Assembly: GCA_963727505.1 (NCBI GenBank)
Contig: CAVSGP010000002.1
Location: 64,001 to 128,000 of the forward strand
DNA: 64,000 bases
Direction of reading: 5' to 3'
From: an uncultured Trueperaceae bacterium
Lineage (GTDB): Bacteria; Deinococcota; Deinococci; Deinococcales; Trueperaceae
Shown: positions 19,645 to 29,632 of the stretch, piece after piece
How positions within the stretch are numbered: the stretch's first letter is position 1
Layout of the letters: the number at the start of each line of letters is the position of its first letter
The notes under the pieces: model-generated
Databases searched by the model: none
What the model was told of the DNA's origin: nothing
Seen by the model: only the letters and a program-made list of their open reading frames with translations
Program-made: the position numbers and the translations under genes

Positions 19645-20594
19645 GCCGACCCGCCGCCAGCCTCGACGAGCGGGAGCGCCTCGAGGCGTTCGAAGCCCGC
19701 ATCGCGCGCGGTGAGAAGATCGAGCCCGGCGACTGGATGCCCGAGGCGTACCGCAAGCAGCTGATACGCATGATCAGCCAGCACGCCCACAGCGAGGTGG
19801 TGGGGATGCTGCCCGAGGGCTTCTGGATCACGAGGGCGCCGAGCCTCAGGCGCAAGCTCATCCTCATCGCCAAGGTGCAGGACGAGGCCGGCCACGGGCA
19901 GTACCTCTACCACGCCGCCGAGACCCTCGGCGCCGGCCGCGACGAGCTGATCGACGCCCTTCTGGCCGGGCGCGCCAAGTACTCCAGCGTCTTCAACTAT
20001 CCCACCCTCACCTGGGCCGACGTCGGCATGATCGGCTGGCTGGTCGACGGCGCCGCCATCAAGAACCAGCTCATGCTGGCGCAGTGCTCCTACGGCCCCT
20101 ACTCCCGGGCCATGGTGCGCATCTGCGCCGAGGAGACCTTCCACCACAAGCAGGGCAAGGAGATGGTCATGACCTACGCCCAGGGCAGCGCCCACCAACG
20201 CGCCATGGCGCAGGACGCGCTGGACCGCTGGTGGTGGCCGTCGCTCATGATGCTGGGTCCGCACGACAGCGCGTCGCCCAACACACCGCAGCTGGTGAGC
20301 TGGGGCATCAAGACCAAGACCAACGACGAGGTACGTCAGGAGTTCCTCGACGAGCACGCTCCCGAGCTGATGGAGGCGGGGCTCACCATCCCCGATCCGG
20401 CGCTGCGCTTCGACGAGGCGAGCGCCCACTGGGTCCACGGGCCGATCGACTGGGACGAGTTCTGGAGCGTCGTGAAGGGACACGGGCCGCTGAACGCCGA
20501 GCGCCTTGCCGCCCGCCGGCAGGCCCACGAGGATGGCGCCTGGGTGCGCGAGGCGATGGCGGCCTACGCCTCCCGCGCGCGGGAGGCAGCGTAG
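19641..20594 (+). CDS. paaA: Phenylacetyl-CoA 1,2-epoxidase subunit A
   Basis: [33 protein letters not shown] di-iron motifs. Confidence 0.95.
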   Translation: MSRPAASLDERERLEAFEARIARGEKIEPGDWMPEAYRKQLIRMISQHAHSEVVGMLPEGFWITRAPSLRRKLILIAKVQDEAGHGQYLYHAAETLGAGRDELIDALLAGRAKYSSVFNYPTLTWADVGMIGWLVDGAAIKNQLMLAQCSYGPYSRAMVRICAEETFHHKQGKEMVMTYAQGSAHQRAMAQDALDRWWWPSLMMLGPHDSASPNTPQLVSWGIKTKTNDEVRQEFLDEHAPELMEAGLTIPDPALRFDEASAHWVHGPIDWDEFWSVVKGHGPLNAERLAARRQAHEDGAWVREAMAAYASRAREAA

Positions 20595-21149
20595 ATGGCC
20601 GGTGCGTCCCCCGGTGGCGACCAGGGCCCGCGCTGGGAGGTCTTCAAGCAGGACGCGGCCGGCAAGCCTCACCAGGCGGTCGGCTCGGTCCACGCCGCCG
20701 ATCCCGAGCACGCGCTGCTGATGGCCCGCAGCGTCTACGCGCGCCGGCCCGCGGCGGTGAGCCTGTGGGTGACGCCTGCCGACACCGTCTTCGCCGTGAC
20801 CGCGGAGGAGCTGGACGCCGCTTCACCCTGGGCGATCGAGGCGGGCGGCTCGAGCCGCCGCTTCCTGGTGTTCCGCAAATCGAGCCACCGCCGCGCCATG
20901 ACCTTCGTCGATCACGTCGGCGCGGTGGATGCGCCGGGGCCGCGCGCGGCCATCGCCGCGGCGACCCGCGCCTTCCCCGATCCGCCGGCCCTGACCTGGT
21001 GGGTCGTGCCGGCCGACGACGTGGTCGCCAGCCCCGAGGACGAAGCGGGCGCCTGGTTCGACCCCGCGCGCGACAAGACCTACAAGCAGCAATCGGCCTA
21101 CGGGCTGCTAGCGCCCGGCAAGCGCAAGCGCACCGGGGGCGGCTCGTGA
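20595..21149 (+). CDS. paaB: PaaB-like protein with two PaaB-like halves
   Basis: WEVF...[26 protein letters not shown], with a second similar half; sits between paaA and paaC. Confidence 0.82.
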   Translation: MAGASPGGDQGPRWEVFKQDAAGKPHQAVGSVHAADPEHALLMARSVYARRPAAVSLWVTPADTVFAVTAEELDAASPWAIEAGGSSRRFLVFRKSSHRRAMTFVDHVGAVDAPGPRAAIAAATRAFPDPPALTWWVVPADDVVASPEDEAGAWFDPARDKTYKQQSAYGLLAPGKRKRTGGGS

Positions 21150-21922
21150 GCGGCCCGCACGACCTCGATCCCGGCCTGCGCGAGGCACTCATCGCGCGCT
21201 TGACGGCCATGGCCGACGACGAGTTGATCCTCGGCCACCGCGACTCGGAGTGGACCGGCCACGCGCCGCTGCTCGAGGAGGACATCGCCCTGGCGAACAT
21301 CGCGCAGGACGAGATCGGGCATGCGCTCCTGTGGCTGGACGCGCGGACCGGACTCGACGGCAGCGACCCCGACGAGCTGGCCTTTTTCCGCGAAGCCGGC
21401 GACTACCGCAACGTCCGCCTGGTCGAGTTGCCCAGGGGCGATTGGGCCTTCACGCTGCTGCGCCAGTACCTGTTCGACGCCTTCGAGACGGAGCTGCTCG
21501 AGCGCCTGGCGCGCTCGAGCTACGCGCCGCTGGCCGAGGTCGCCGCCAAGGCCGCCAAGGAGGAGATCTTCCACCTGCGCCACAGCGGCCTGTGGCTGGA
21601 GCGGCTGGCGCGCGGCACCGAAGAGTCACGCCGCCGCCTGGAGGCCGCTTTGGAGCAGCTCTGGCCCTACCTGCCGCAGCTCTGGCAACCCCTGCCGGGC
21701 GACGCCGCGCTGGCGGACGCGGACATCGTCCCCGATCCGACCGAGCTCGAGGAGGCGGCCCGCGGGCGCATCCTGGCCGCGCTGGCACGCGTGGGGGTGG
21801 AGCCGCCACCCGAGGTCGCACCGAACCCGGGTGGCCGCGAGCGCCACGGCGAGACGCTGGTCACCCTGCTGATCGACATGCAGTCGGTCGCCCGCGCCGA
21901 TCCGGGCGTCGACGCCTGGTAG
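21146..21922 (+). CDS. paaC: Phenylacetyl-CoA epoxidase subunit C
   Basis: [47 protein letters not shown] overlap with paaB. Confidence 0.93.
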   Translation: MSGPHDLDPGLREALIARLTAMADDELILGHRDSEWTGHAPLLEEDIALANIAQDEIGHALLWLDARTGLDGSDPDELAFFREAGDYRNVRLVELPRGDWAFTLLRQYLFDAFETELLERLARSSYAPLAEVAAKAAKEEIFHLRHSGLWLERLARGTEESRRRLEAALEQLWPYLPQLWQPLPGDAALADADIVPDPTELEEAARGRILAALARVGVEPPPEVAPNPGGRERHGETLVTLLIDMQSVARADPGVDAW

Positions 21923-21931
21923 CGGCGCCCA

Positions 21932-21989
21932 CGCGCCCAGGCACCCGCGCCCAGGCACCCGCGCCCAGGCACCCGCGAGCCCGGGCACC
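21932..21989. repeat. 14-bp tandem repeat (3 perfect + 1 degenerate)
   Basis: CGCGCCCAGGCACC x3, then CGCGAGCCCGGGCACC, in the paaC-paaD spacer. Confidence 0.9.
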
Positions 21990-22007
21990 GAAGGAGGAGG
22001 AACCTGC

Positions 22008-22523
22008 ATGGTCACGGCCTCTGAGTCCCTCGAAACGGGCGCTTCCCTGACGCCCGAGGCGGTGTGGGCCGCGTTGCAGGACGTGAAGGACCCCGAGATC
22101 CCCGTGGTGTCGGTGATCGAGCTCGGCATGGTGCGCGCCGTGGAGGTGACGGGCGGGCACGTGCGGGTCGACATCACCCCGACCTTCGCGGGCTGTCCCG
22201 CCTTCCATGCCATCCGCGAGGCCGTGAGCGACCGCGTGCGGGCGCTCGGCGCCACCGAGGTCGAGGTACGGCGGCGGCTCGCGCCAGCCTGGAGCTCGGA
22301 TGACATGAGCGACGCCGCGCGCACCAAGCTCCGCGCCTTCGGCATCGCACCGCCGCGCGCTCACGGCGGCCTTGTGCTGCCCGAACTCGAGGCGCCGGTC
22401 GCCTGCCCGCGCTGCAGCAGCTTCGATACCGAGCTCCGGGGTGCCTTCGGCAGCGCGCTGTGCCGGGAGATCTACACCTGCCGCTCCTGCCAGGAGACCT
22501 TCGAGCGCTTCAAGCCGCTGTGA
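22008..22523 (+). CDS. paaD: Phenylacetyl-CoA epoxidase subunit D
   Basis: DPEIPVVS..ELG, TPTFAGCPA, CPRCSS, FGSALC, C..C.ETFERFK. Confidence 0.93.
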   Translation: MVTASESLETGASLTPEAVWAALQDVKDPEIPVVSVIELGMVRAVEVTGGHVRVDITPTFAGCPAFHAIREAVSDRVRALGATEVEVRRRLAPAWSSDDMSDAARTKLRAFGIAPPRAHGGLVLPELEAPVACPRCSSFDTELRGAFGSALCREIYTCRSCQETFERFKPL

Positions 22524-22542
22524 CGCCCGGTCGCGGCCCCGC

Positions 22543-23409
22543 TCACCGCAACAGCGCCACGATGACCACGGTGAAGCCGGCCGAGGTCACCGCGGCCAGG
22601 CGCATGGCGGTGCGGTAGTTGGCGGCCACCTGCGCTTCGTCGAAGCGCGCAGCCCAGGCGAGCATCCAGCCTCCGACCGCGACGAAGAACAGCGCCACCG
22701 CCACCACCCAGCCTGCCCCTGTACGGCGCGCCAGCTCTCCCAGCATCACGGCGCCGCCGGCGCCGAGCGCTGCCACCGCCAGGCGCAGCGCGCGCCGCGG
22801 GCCGAGCAGCACCGGCAGCGTGCGGTCGCCGCGGCGGCGGTCCTCCAGCGTCTGGTAGCTCTGCGTGACCACGTACAGGCCGATCACCACCAGCGCCGTG
22901 CTGAGCATGCCGATGGCGCCGGTCGTGTACGCCAGCCCCCGAGCCGGCGCCACCGCCAGCCACCCCAGGGCGAAGCCCAGCGCGCCCTGGCCGAGCGCGA
23001 TGGCCGCCAGGGCGCCCGCTGGGTTCGCCTTCAGGCGCACCGACGGATGCGAGTAGGCGGCGAACACCAGGAACAGCAGCACCCACGCCAACGTGAAACC
23101 GCGCCCCACCAGCAGCGCCAGCGGCAACCCGAGCACCTGCACGGCCAGCGAGAACGGCAGCAGGCCGGGGCTCACCCCGGGAGGCGCCAGCATGCCCCCC
23201 ACCGGACCCTCGTCCCGGTCGTAGTAGGAGTTGAAGGCGGTCGTGCCGCCGTAGAGGAAGAGGTGGATGGAGAGGTAGCCCAGCCACACCCGTCCGTCCA
23301 GGAGGCGGCCCCCACCCAACAGGACGCCCCACAGATAGATGGGGCTCAGGAGAAGGTTGAAGTGCAACCGGAGGTGGCGAACGAAGGGATGCGTCCACGG
23401 GGCGCTCAC
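22543..23409 (-). CDS. UbiA-family prenyltransferase
   Basis: NSYYDRDEG and EDRRRGDRT Asp-rich motifs, about 8 TM segments; GTGA overlap with upstream gene. Confidence 0.82.
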   Translation of the reverse strand: MSAPWTHPFVRHLRLHFNLLLSPIYLWGVLLGGGRLLDGRVWLGYLSIHLFLYGGTTAFNSYYDRDEGPVGGMLAPPGVSPGLLPFSLAVQVLGLPLALLVGRGFTLAWVLLFLVFAAYSHPSVRLKANPAGALAAIALGQGALGFALGWLAVAPARGLAYTTGAIGMLSTALVVIGLYVVTQSYQTLEDRRRGDRTLPVLLGPRRALRLAVAALGAGGAVMLGELARRTGAGWVVAVALFFVAVGGWMLAWAARFDEAQVAANYRTAMRLAAVTSAGFTVVIVALLR

Positions 23410-24653
23410 GGGGCGGCACCCGAGGCCAGGACGGTGTCGAGGTCCGGATCGAGGCCCGGATCGAGGCCCGTGTCGAGGCCGCGCATCGTGAAGCGCCGTG
23501 CGAACGCCCCCGCCAGCGGAGTGTGGAGCCCCGTCCACACCGCCGCCGCGCGCAGGCTCGGCGTCGGCGACGCCCGGCCGACCCGGAGGTTGAACGCCGC
23601 CCGGCGCGCGGCCACCCGCGCGGCCGGCAGTCGCGCCGCCTGGTAACCCGCCAGCGCCCGATGCAACCGCTCGACCGGTATCTGCGCCAGGTCCCGGCCC
23701 GCGCGGGCGGCCAGCACGCGGGCGGCCAGAACACCGGCGTCGAGCCACCCGAGGTTCATCCCCTGCCCGCCGAACGGCGGCAGCACGTGCGCGGCGTCCC
23801 CCGCCAGCGCCACCCGGCCGGCCACCAGGCGGCGCACCAGCAACGTGCGCACTCCGAAGTCGCTCACCATGCTGCAGCGGCGCGCGTCCAGCCTCTCCCC
23901 CACGCGCTCCAGCACCCGATCGGCCAACCAGGTCACCGCGCGCCGACGCGTCGCGGCCCGCGGCTCCGGGGCGGGCTCGCCACCGGGCGAGACCGCCGCC
24001 ACCCAGCGCCGCAGCCCGCCCGGGAGGGGGAACGACTCCACCACCCCGCCGGCGGTGAGGTAGATGGCGGCGTCAGACCCCAGCCGCGTGTCGTCCGGGA
24101 AGTCGCCCATCACGAAGCGGTCGGGGTAGCGGTGCTCTTCGAAGGGAAGCCCGAGCCAGCCGCGCACAGCGCTGTCATGCCCGTCGCAACCGACCACCAG
24201 GGCGGACTCGAGGGCGCCACCGTCGGCGAACCGCAGGTGCGCACTCCCCTCGGCACGCTCGAGCGCCACCACCTCCACCCCCCTACACAGCTGCCCGCTC
24301 GGGAGGGAGGTCAGGCGTCTCTCCAGCAGGCGCTCGACCTCGGCCTGCGGCAGGGTCAGCACGAAGCGGTACGGGGGCGGGCAGCTTCGGAACGACAGCG
24401 TGCCCAGGCGGGTACGGCCGGCGTAGGCGTGCCCCCGCTCGACGCGCACCCCGTGCGCTACGAATGTCTCTGCCAGGCCGAGACGAGCGGCGACCTCCAG
24501 CGCCGGTGGGTGCACGCCGATGGAGCGCGAGTGGGTGGACCGGTGCCCTCGGCGCTCCAGCACCGCCACACGCACGCCCGCATCGGCCAGCAGGCAGCCG
24601 AGCAGCAGCCCGACCGGACCGCCTCCGACCACGGCGACCTCGACGCGACTCAC
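23406..24653 (-). CDS. FAD-dependent monooxygenase (aromatic hydroxylase type)
   Basis: GGGPVG, VGCDG..S.VR, AGDAAH..PPFGGQGMNLG; GTGA overlap with the methyltransferase. Confidence 0.9.
   Translation of the reverse strand: MSRVEVAVVGGGPVGLLLGCLLADAGVRVAVLERRGHRSTHSRSIGVHPPALEVAARLGLAETFVAHGVRVERGHAYAGRTRLGTLSFRSCPPPYRFVLTLPQAEVERLLERRLTSLPSGQLCRGVEVVALERAEGSAHLRFADGGALESALVVGCDGHDSAVRGWLGLPFEEHRYPDRFVMGDFPDDTRLGSDAAIYLTAGGVVESFPLPGGLRRWVAAVSPGGEPAPEPRAATRRRAVTWLADRVLERVGERLDARRCSMVSDFGVRTLLVRRLVAGRVALAGDAAHVLPPFGGQGMNLGWLDAGVLAARVLAARAGRDLAQIPVERLHRALAGYQAARLPAARVAARRAAFNLRVGRASPTPSLRAAAVWTGLHTPLAGAFARRFTMRGLDTGLDPGLDPDLDTVLASGAAP
23434..23481. repeat. 12-bp tandem repeat x4 encoding the GLDT/GLDP C-terminal tail
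   Basis: GTGTCGAGGTCC GGATCGAGGCCC GGATCGAGGCCC GTGTCGAGGCCG. Confidence 0.8.
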
Positions 24654-25354
24654 CCCCGCACCTGCACTCCGCGCCGCTCGTGCACCAGCAGCGCACGGAA
24701 CGGCGGCATGCGCTCCACCCGCCAGCCGTCGGGCGCCAGGGCGCGTAGCTCGTCCGGCCGGTAGGCGCGGCGGATCGAGCGCAGGCCGTCGGGCACGATG
24801 AACGATCCGCGGAACAGCGGCCGTAGCGACGCGAACGCCAGCAGCGCCAGCGCGTTGCGCCGGAGGTCGTTGTGCAGCGCCGCGACGCGGGCCAGGCTCG
24901 CCGTGGCGGCGAGGAAGCCGGGCACCTCCCCCTCGCTGAGGTGGTGCAAGACGTGGTTGGAGATCACGAAGTCGTAGCGCTCCCCGTCGGCGAGTAGGTC
25001 CTCCACGGCGGCCTGGCGGTAGCGCACTTGCTGGTTCGACCCGTGCGCCCGGGCGAACGCCAACGCGCGGGCGTCGGGGTCGACGGCAGTGATCGCCAAT
25101 GGGATTCCGGCGGCCGCCGACCAGGCAGCGAGGTTGCGCGCGACGTCGCCGCCGCCGCAACCGACGTCGAGCAGCGTCGCGCCGGGCCACGCGCGGGGCT
25201 CGAGCCAGCGCTCGAACACGCCGCGCCAGCCCGCCAACCAGCGGTTGATCAGTTCGAACTGGGCGTAGGTAGCGTTCAACCGCTCGCTGTCGCAGCCCGG
25301 ATCGTCCATGGCCTCACGCAGGGCCGTGGCGCGGCTCCGGAGCAACGGGCTCAT
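24650..25354 (-). CDS. Class I SAM-dependent methyltransferase
   Basis: EAMDDP, LLDVGCGGGD, SNHVLHH, DGLRSIRR; ATGA overlap with the PKS. Confidence 0.9.
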   Translation of the reverse strand: MSPLLRSRATALREAMDDPGCDSERLNATYAQFELINRWLAGWRGVFERWLEPRAWPGATLLDVGCGGGDVARNLAAWSAAAGIPLAITAVDPDARALAFARAHGSNQQVRYRQAAVEDLLADGERYDFVISNHVLHHLSEGEVPGFLAATASLARVAALHNDLRRNALALLAFASLRPLFRGSFIVPDGLRSIRRAYRPDELRALAPDGWRVERMPPFRALLVHERRGVQVRG

Positions 25355-26448
25355 GCCGCGCTCAACACCCCCGCGTCGACCGTCAGCCCGGGGCCGAACG
25401 CCATGGCGACCACCGGCTCGCCGGGCTCGAGCCCGTCCTCCAGGATCCTCTGCAGCACGAACAACACGGTGGCGCTCGACATGTTGCCGTAGCGCGCCAG
25501 CACCGCGCGCGAGGCGTCCAGCGCCGTCGGCGGCAGGGCCAGCCCGCTCTCCACGCGGTCGAGGATGGCGCGCCCGCCCGGGTGCACCGCCCACCGCTGC
25601 ACGTCCTCTCGGCGCACGCCGGCCGCCCGCAGAAGCGGTTCCACCGCCTCCTGCGCGCGCGCCCCCACGATCCTGGGCACGTAGCTGGAGAGCACCATCT
25701 CGAACCCGGTGTCGCCGATGGTCCAGGCCATCGCGTCGGCGCCTTCGGGCGCGACGCCAGACGAGAAGCGCTCCAGGCGCAAGCCCCCCGTCTCCGGCCG
25801 CCGCGCGCTCACCACCGTGGCGGCGCCACCGTCGGCGAACACCGAGCCCGCCACGAGCGCGTCGAGCTCACAGCTCGGCTGCAAGTGGAGCGAGCACAGC
25901 TCCACCGCCGCCACCAGCACCACCGCGTCGGGGTCGGCGCGGCAGAAGGCCTCGGCCATGCGCAGCGCCGGGAAGGCGGCGTAGCAGCCCATGAAGCCCA
26001 GGTGGTAGCGCTCCGTGGAGGGCGCCAGCCCCAGCTCGCGCACCACGGCGAGGTCCGGCCCCGGCGCCACGAACCCCGTGCAGGACACGGTGATGACGTG
26101 GGTAACGTCCGCAGCATCGAACCCGTCGGCGCGCTCGAGGGCGCGGCGCGCCACCCGCGGGAAGAGCGTCATCGCTTCGCGCGCGTACACGGCGTTGCGC
26201 TCGGCCGTGCCGGGACTCCGGAAGGCGCCGCTGTCGGCATCGAGGTAGAAGCCGCGCGCGCCGTCCGGAGCGAAGTCGCCCACCACGCTGTGACGGGTGT
26301 CGATGCCGGAGTGCTGGTAGATGCGATGGAGCATGCGATCGGTGCGGCGATCGCCCCCCACCCACGCCTTCATCACGTCGCAGGCGACGGTCTGGTCGTA
26401 GGCCGTCTCGGGCACGGCCGATGCCACGCCGTGCAGGTATGCGGACAT
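25351..26448 (-). CDS. Type III polyketide synthase (chalcone synthase-like)
   Basis: Catalytic triad motifs GFMGCYA, VHPGG, YGNMSS; FADGG; AFGPGL. Confidence 0.95.
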   Translation of the reverse strand: MSAYLHGVASAVPETAYDQTVACDVMKAWVGGDRRTDRMLHRIYQHSGIDTRHSVVGDFAPDGARGFYLDADSGAFRSPGTAERNAVYAREAMTLFPRVARRALERADGFDAADVTHVITVSCTGFVAPGPDLAVVRELGLAPSTERYHLGFMGCYAAFPALRMAEAFCRADPDAVVLVAAVELCSLHLQPSCELDALVAGSVFADGGAATVVSARRPETGGLRLERFSSGVAPEGADAMAWTIGDTGFEMVLSSYVPRIVGARAQEAVEPLLRAAGVRREDVQRWAVHPGGRAILDRVESGLALPPTALDASRAVLARYGNMSSATVLFVLQRILEDGLEPGEPVVAMAFGPGLTVDAGVLSAA

Positions 26449-26552
26449 GCGTCATTATGACGGCCGTCGCGCCGGACGACGGTAGGCCGGCACCCAGCCC
26501 GGCGGGCGGCGCGCTTTCAGACCTTTCATGTGGGCCCTGACAAGATGGCTGC

Positions 26553-27695
26553 ATGTTCCAGACGTTCTCCCTCCCACATGCGGCCCGCCGGCGGGCCGTC
26601 CTGCTGCTCGCCGCGGCCGTGCTGTCGCTCACGGCCACCGGTACCGCACTGGCGCAGGACACCGGTTCCACTCCCTTCGTCGACAAGCAGGGGCTCGACC
26701 TGGCGGAGAAGCGCGTCATCGACGTCTACAAGCGCGTGGCCCCATCGGTGGTCAACATCACCACCCAGGTGCTGCAGCCGAGCTTCTTCTACGGCTCTGT
26801 GCCCGCTCAGGGCGCCGGATCGGGGTTCGTCATCGACACCGACGGGCACATCCTGACCAACTACCACGTCATCGAGAACGCCCAGCGCATCAACGTCGCG
26901 TTCGGTAACGGCACCTCGCTGCAGGCCAAGCTGGTCGGCAGCGACGCCCGTAACGACGTGGCGGTGCTCAAGGTCGACGCCCCCAAGAACCTGCTCAAGC
27001 CCGTCACCTTCGGCGACTCCGACCACCTCCAGGTGGGTCAGCGCACCATCGCCATCGGCAATCCCTTCGGCGAGTTCGGCCGCACGCTCACCACCGGCGT
27101 GGTCAGCGCGTTGAACCGCTCGATCCAGGGGCCGTCGGGCCTGCCCATCACCGGCATCATCCAGACGGACGCCGCCATCAACAAGGGCAACTCGGGGGGC
27201 CCGCTGCTCGACAGCGCCGGGCGCGTCATCGGCATCACCAGCGCCATCTTCAGCCCGTCGGGCACCAACGCCGGCGTGGGCTTCGCGTTGCCCATCGCGA
27301 CGGTCAAGCGGGTGCTGCCGTCGCTGCTCAAGAACGGCTCCTACCCCCACCCCTACCTGGGCGTGAAGTACGCCCATACCCTCACGCCCGACCTGGCGCG
27401 AGCGCTGGGGCTGAAAACCGACCACGGCCTGCTGCTGGTGCAACTCGTGAGCGGCAGTCCCCTCGACCAGGCCGGCCTGCTGGGCGCGCAGCAACAGCAG
27501 GTGGTCGGGAACCGGCTGTTCTACGTCGGCGGCGACGTGCTGGTGAAGATCGACGACCACACCGTGCAGGACCTAGGCGACCTCAAGTCCTACCTCGAGG
27601 ACCACTACCGGGTGGGCGACACGGTGACGGTGACCTACGTGCGTGGCGGCAACCAGCAGCAGGCGACGCTCACGCTGGCCCGCGAGCCACACTAG
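26553..27695 (+). CDS. HtrA/DegP-like serine protease with PDZ domain
   Basis: Signal peptide, GSGF, TNYHV, IQTDAAINKGNSGGPL, PDZ tail. Confidence 0.93.
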   Translation: MFQTFSLPHAARRRAVLLLAAAVLSLTATGTALAQDTGSTPFVDKQGLDLAEKRVIDVYKRVAPSVVNITTQVLQPSFFYGSVPAQGAGSGFVIDTDGHILTNYHVIENAQRINVAFGNGTSLQAKLVGSDARNDVAVLKVDAPKNLLKPVTFGDSDHLQVGQRTIAIGNPFGEFGRTLTTGVVSALNRSIQGPSGLPITGIIQTDAAINKGNSGGPLLDSAGRVIGITSAIFSPSGTNAGVGFALPIATVKRVLPSLLKNGSYPHPYLGVKYAHTLTPDLARALGLKTDHGLLLVQLVSGSPLDQAGLLGAQQQQVVGNRLFYVGGDVLVKIDDHTVQDLGDLKSYLEDHYRVGDTVTVTYVRGGNQQQATLTLAREPH

Positions 27696-27774
27696 CGGCG
27701 ACCGTGAGCCCGCGCAACGGTGCGGGGCGCTGACTGCGCCCCGCACCGCACGGCTTCCTGCTTTCGGCGTCGTG

Positions 27775-29520
27775 CTAGAGGGGATAACCGTCCGCCGCGA
27801 GCACCGCCTGGGCCGCGTCGCGCCGTAGCGCGATGAGGTCGACACCGTGCTCGGCCAGGTAGGCGGACGCGCGGCCCTGCGCCTGCGCTCCGCCCGGGAT
27901 GCGGCGCAGCGCCTCGGCGGCCAAGGGACGCGCGCGATCGACGGCGGCCAGCGCGTACAGCCGCGCCAGCAATTCGGCGCGACCGCCGGCCTCCTGTCCC
28001 TGCAGCCGTTCGGCACGGAGCAGGGCCGAGTCGGCCAGGTAGACCAGACCCACCATGTCCGCGACGTGGCCCATCAGCTCCTGCTCGTGCTCGAGCTTCT
28101 GGGCGTAGGCCATCGCACCCATGCCGGCCACCAGCAGTGTGGCGCGCTTGAGGTTCTCGACAGCCGTCACCGCGTCAGCCAGCGCCTCCGGCGCGTCGAC
28201 CTCCGTCACGGGCTCGCCCTGCAGCGCGGCCTGCGCGGGCCCCATCAGGTCGACGGAGCCGCGCATGGCACGCTTGAGGAGCTGCTCGACGGTCAGCAGG
28301 CGGTTGATCTCGTTGGTGCCCTCGAAGATGCGGTTGATGCGGCTGTTACGGTACGCGAGCTCGATCGGGTAGTCGGCCGAGAACCCGTAGCCGCCGTAGA
28401 TCTGCAGCGCCTCATCCACCACCATGTCCAGGATCTCGCTGCCGAACACCTTGATGAGCGAGTACTCCACGACGTACTCGTTGAGCGCACGCGACTGCGC
28501 GGGGCCCTCGGGTACGCCTTCGAGCACGGCGTCCATCTCCCCCACGAGGCGGTAGACGGCGCTCTCCAACGCGAACGCCTCGGCCGCCATGCGGCCGAGC
28601 TTGTCCTGGATGAGGCCGAAGCTCGCGATCGGAACGCCGAACTGCTGGCGCTCCTGGGCGTAACCGCTGGCCAGCCCGATGAGCTGTTTGACGCCGCCCA
28701 CCGCGCCCACGGCCAGCTTGTAGCGACCGATGTTGAGCGTTCCCAGCGCGATGTGGGCACCCTTGCCGACCTCACCGAGGAGGTTCGCCGCGGGCACTCG
28801 CACGTTCTCCAGGATCACCTGGCGCGTCGAGGAGCCCTTGATGCCCATCTTCTTCTCTTCGGCGCCGAAGCTGAGTCCGGGGCTGTCGCGCTCGACCAGG
28901 AAGGCGCTGAACTTGTCGCCGTCGATCTGCGCGAAGACGGTGAACAGGTCGGCGAAGCCGGCGTTGGAGATCCACATCTTGGTGCCGTTGAGGACGTAGG
29001 CGTCACCGTCGAGCACCGCCCGCGTCTTGGCGGCCAGCGAGTCCGAGCCGCTGCCGGGCTCCGTGAGGCAGTAGGCGGCGATCCACTCGCCGCTGGCGAG
29101 CTTCGGTAGGTAACGCTGCTTCTGCTCGTCGGAACCGAAGTACACCAGCGGTAGCGTGCCGATGCCGCTGTGGGCGTTGTAGGTGACGTTGAACGATCCC
29201 GAGCGCGCCAGCGCCTCGGTCACGACCGCCGAGGCCGCCTTGCTGGCGCCCAGACCGCCGTAGGCCTCGGGGATCTCCACGGCCAGCAGGCCCTGCTCCC
29301 CGGCCTTGCTCATGGCCTTGCGGCTGAGATCGTAGGAGAGGTGCTCGAGTTCGTCGAAGACGGGGTCGATCTCCCGCTCCACGAAGGTGCGGGCCGTGGC
29401 GCGCATGAGCTTGAGCTCGTCGTCGAGAGCCTCGGGGATGAGGACGTTCTCGGCGGGCGTGCGTTCGATCAGGAATGCGGAGCCGGTGGCGGCGCGAACT
29501 CGTTCGTCGGACACGGACAT
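27775..29520 (-). CDS. Acyl-CoA dehydrogenase (long FadE type)
   Basis: YCLTEPGSGSD, NGTKMWISN, QIYGGYG, RINRIFEGTNEI. Confidence 0.93.
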   Translation of the reverse strand: MSVSDERVRAATGSAFLIERTPAENVLIPEALDDELKLMRATARTFVEREIDPVFDELEHLSYDLSRKAMSKAGEQGLLAVEIPEAYGGLGASKAASAVVTEALARSGSFNVTYNAHSGIGTLPLVYFGSDEQKQRYLPKLASGEWIAAYCLTEPGSGSDSLAAKTRAVLDGDAYVLNGTKMWISNAGFADLFTVFAQIDGDKFSAFLVERDSPGLSFGAEEKKMGIKGSSTRQVILENVRVPAANLLGEVGKGAHIALGTLNIGRYKLAVGAVGGVKQLIGLASGYAQERQQFGVPIASFGLIQDKLGRMAAEAFALESAVYRLVGEMDAVLEGVPEGPAQSRALNEYVVEYSLIKVFGSEILDMVVDEALQIYGGYGFSADYPIELAYRNSRINRIFEGTNEINRLLTVEQLLKRAMRGSVDLMGPAQAALQGEPVTEVDAPEALADAVTAVENLKRATLLVAGMGAMAYAQKLEHEQELMGHVADMVGLVYLADSALLRAERLQGQEAGGRAELLARLYALAAVDRARPLAAEALRRIPGGAQAQGRASAYLAEHGVDLIALRRDAAQAVLAADGYPL

Positions 29521-29602
29521 GCGGGGCCTCCTCGCGGGCCCGTTCCAGGGCCCGGGCGGCGCTGGAGCGCGCGAACGCGTCCCCGGCGGCTTCGATGTCC
29601 GG

Positions 29603-29632
29603 AGTATAGCCACCCCCTTGTACTCGGTACAA
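29603..29632 (-). promoter_or_regulatory. Acyl-CoA dehydrogenase promoter with FadR-like operator
   Basis: TTGTAC-18nt-TATACT; palindrome TTGTACTCGGTACAA (29618-29632) covers the -35 and fits the Thermus FadR consensus TTRNACYNRGTNYAA as I recall it. Confidence 0.7.
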
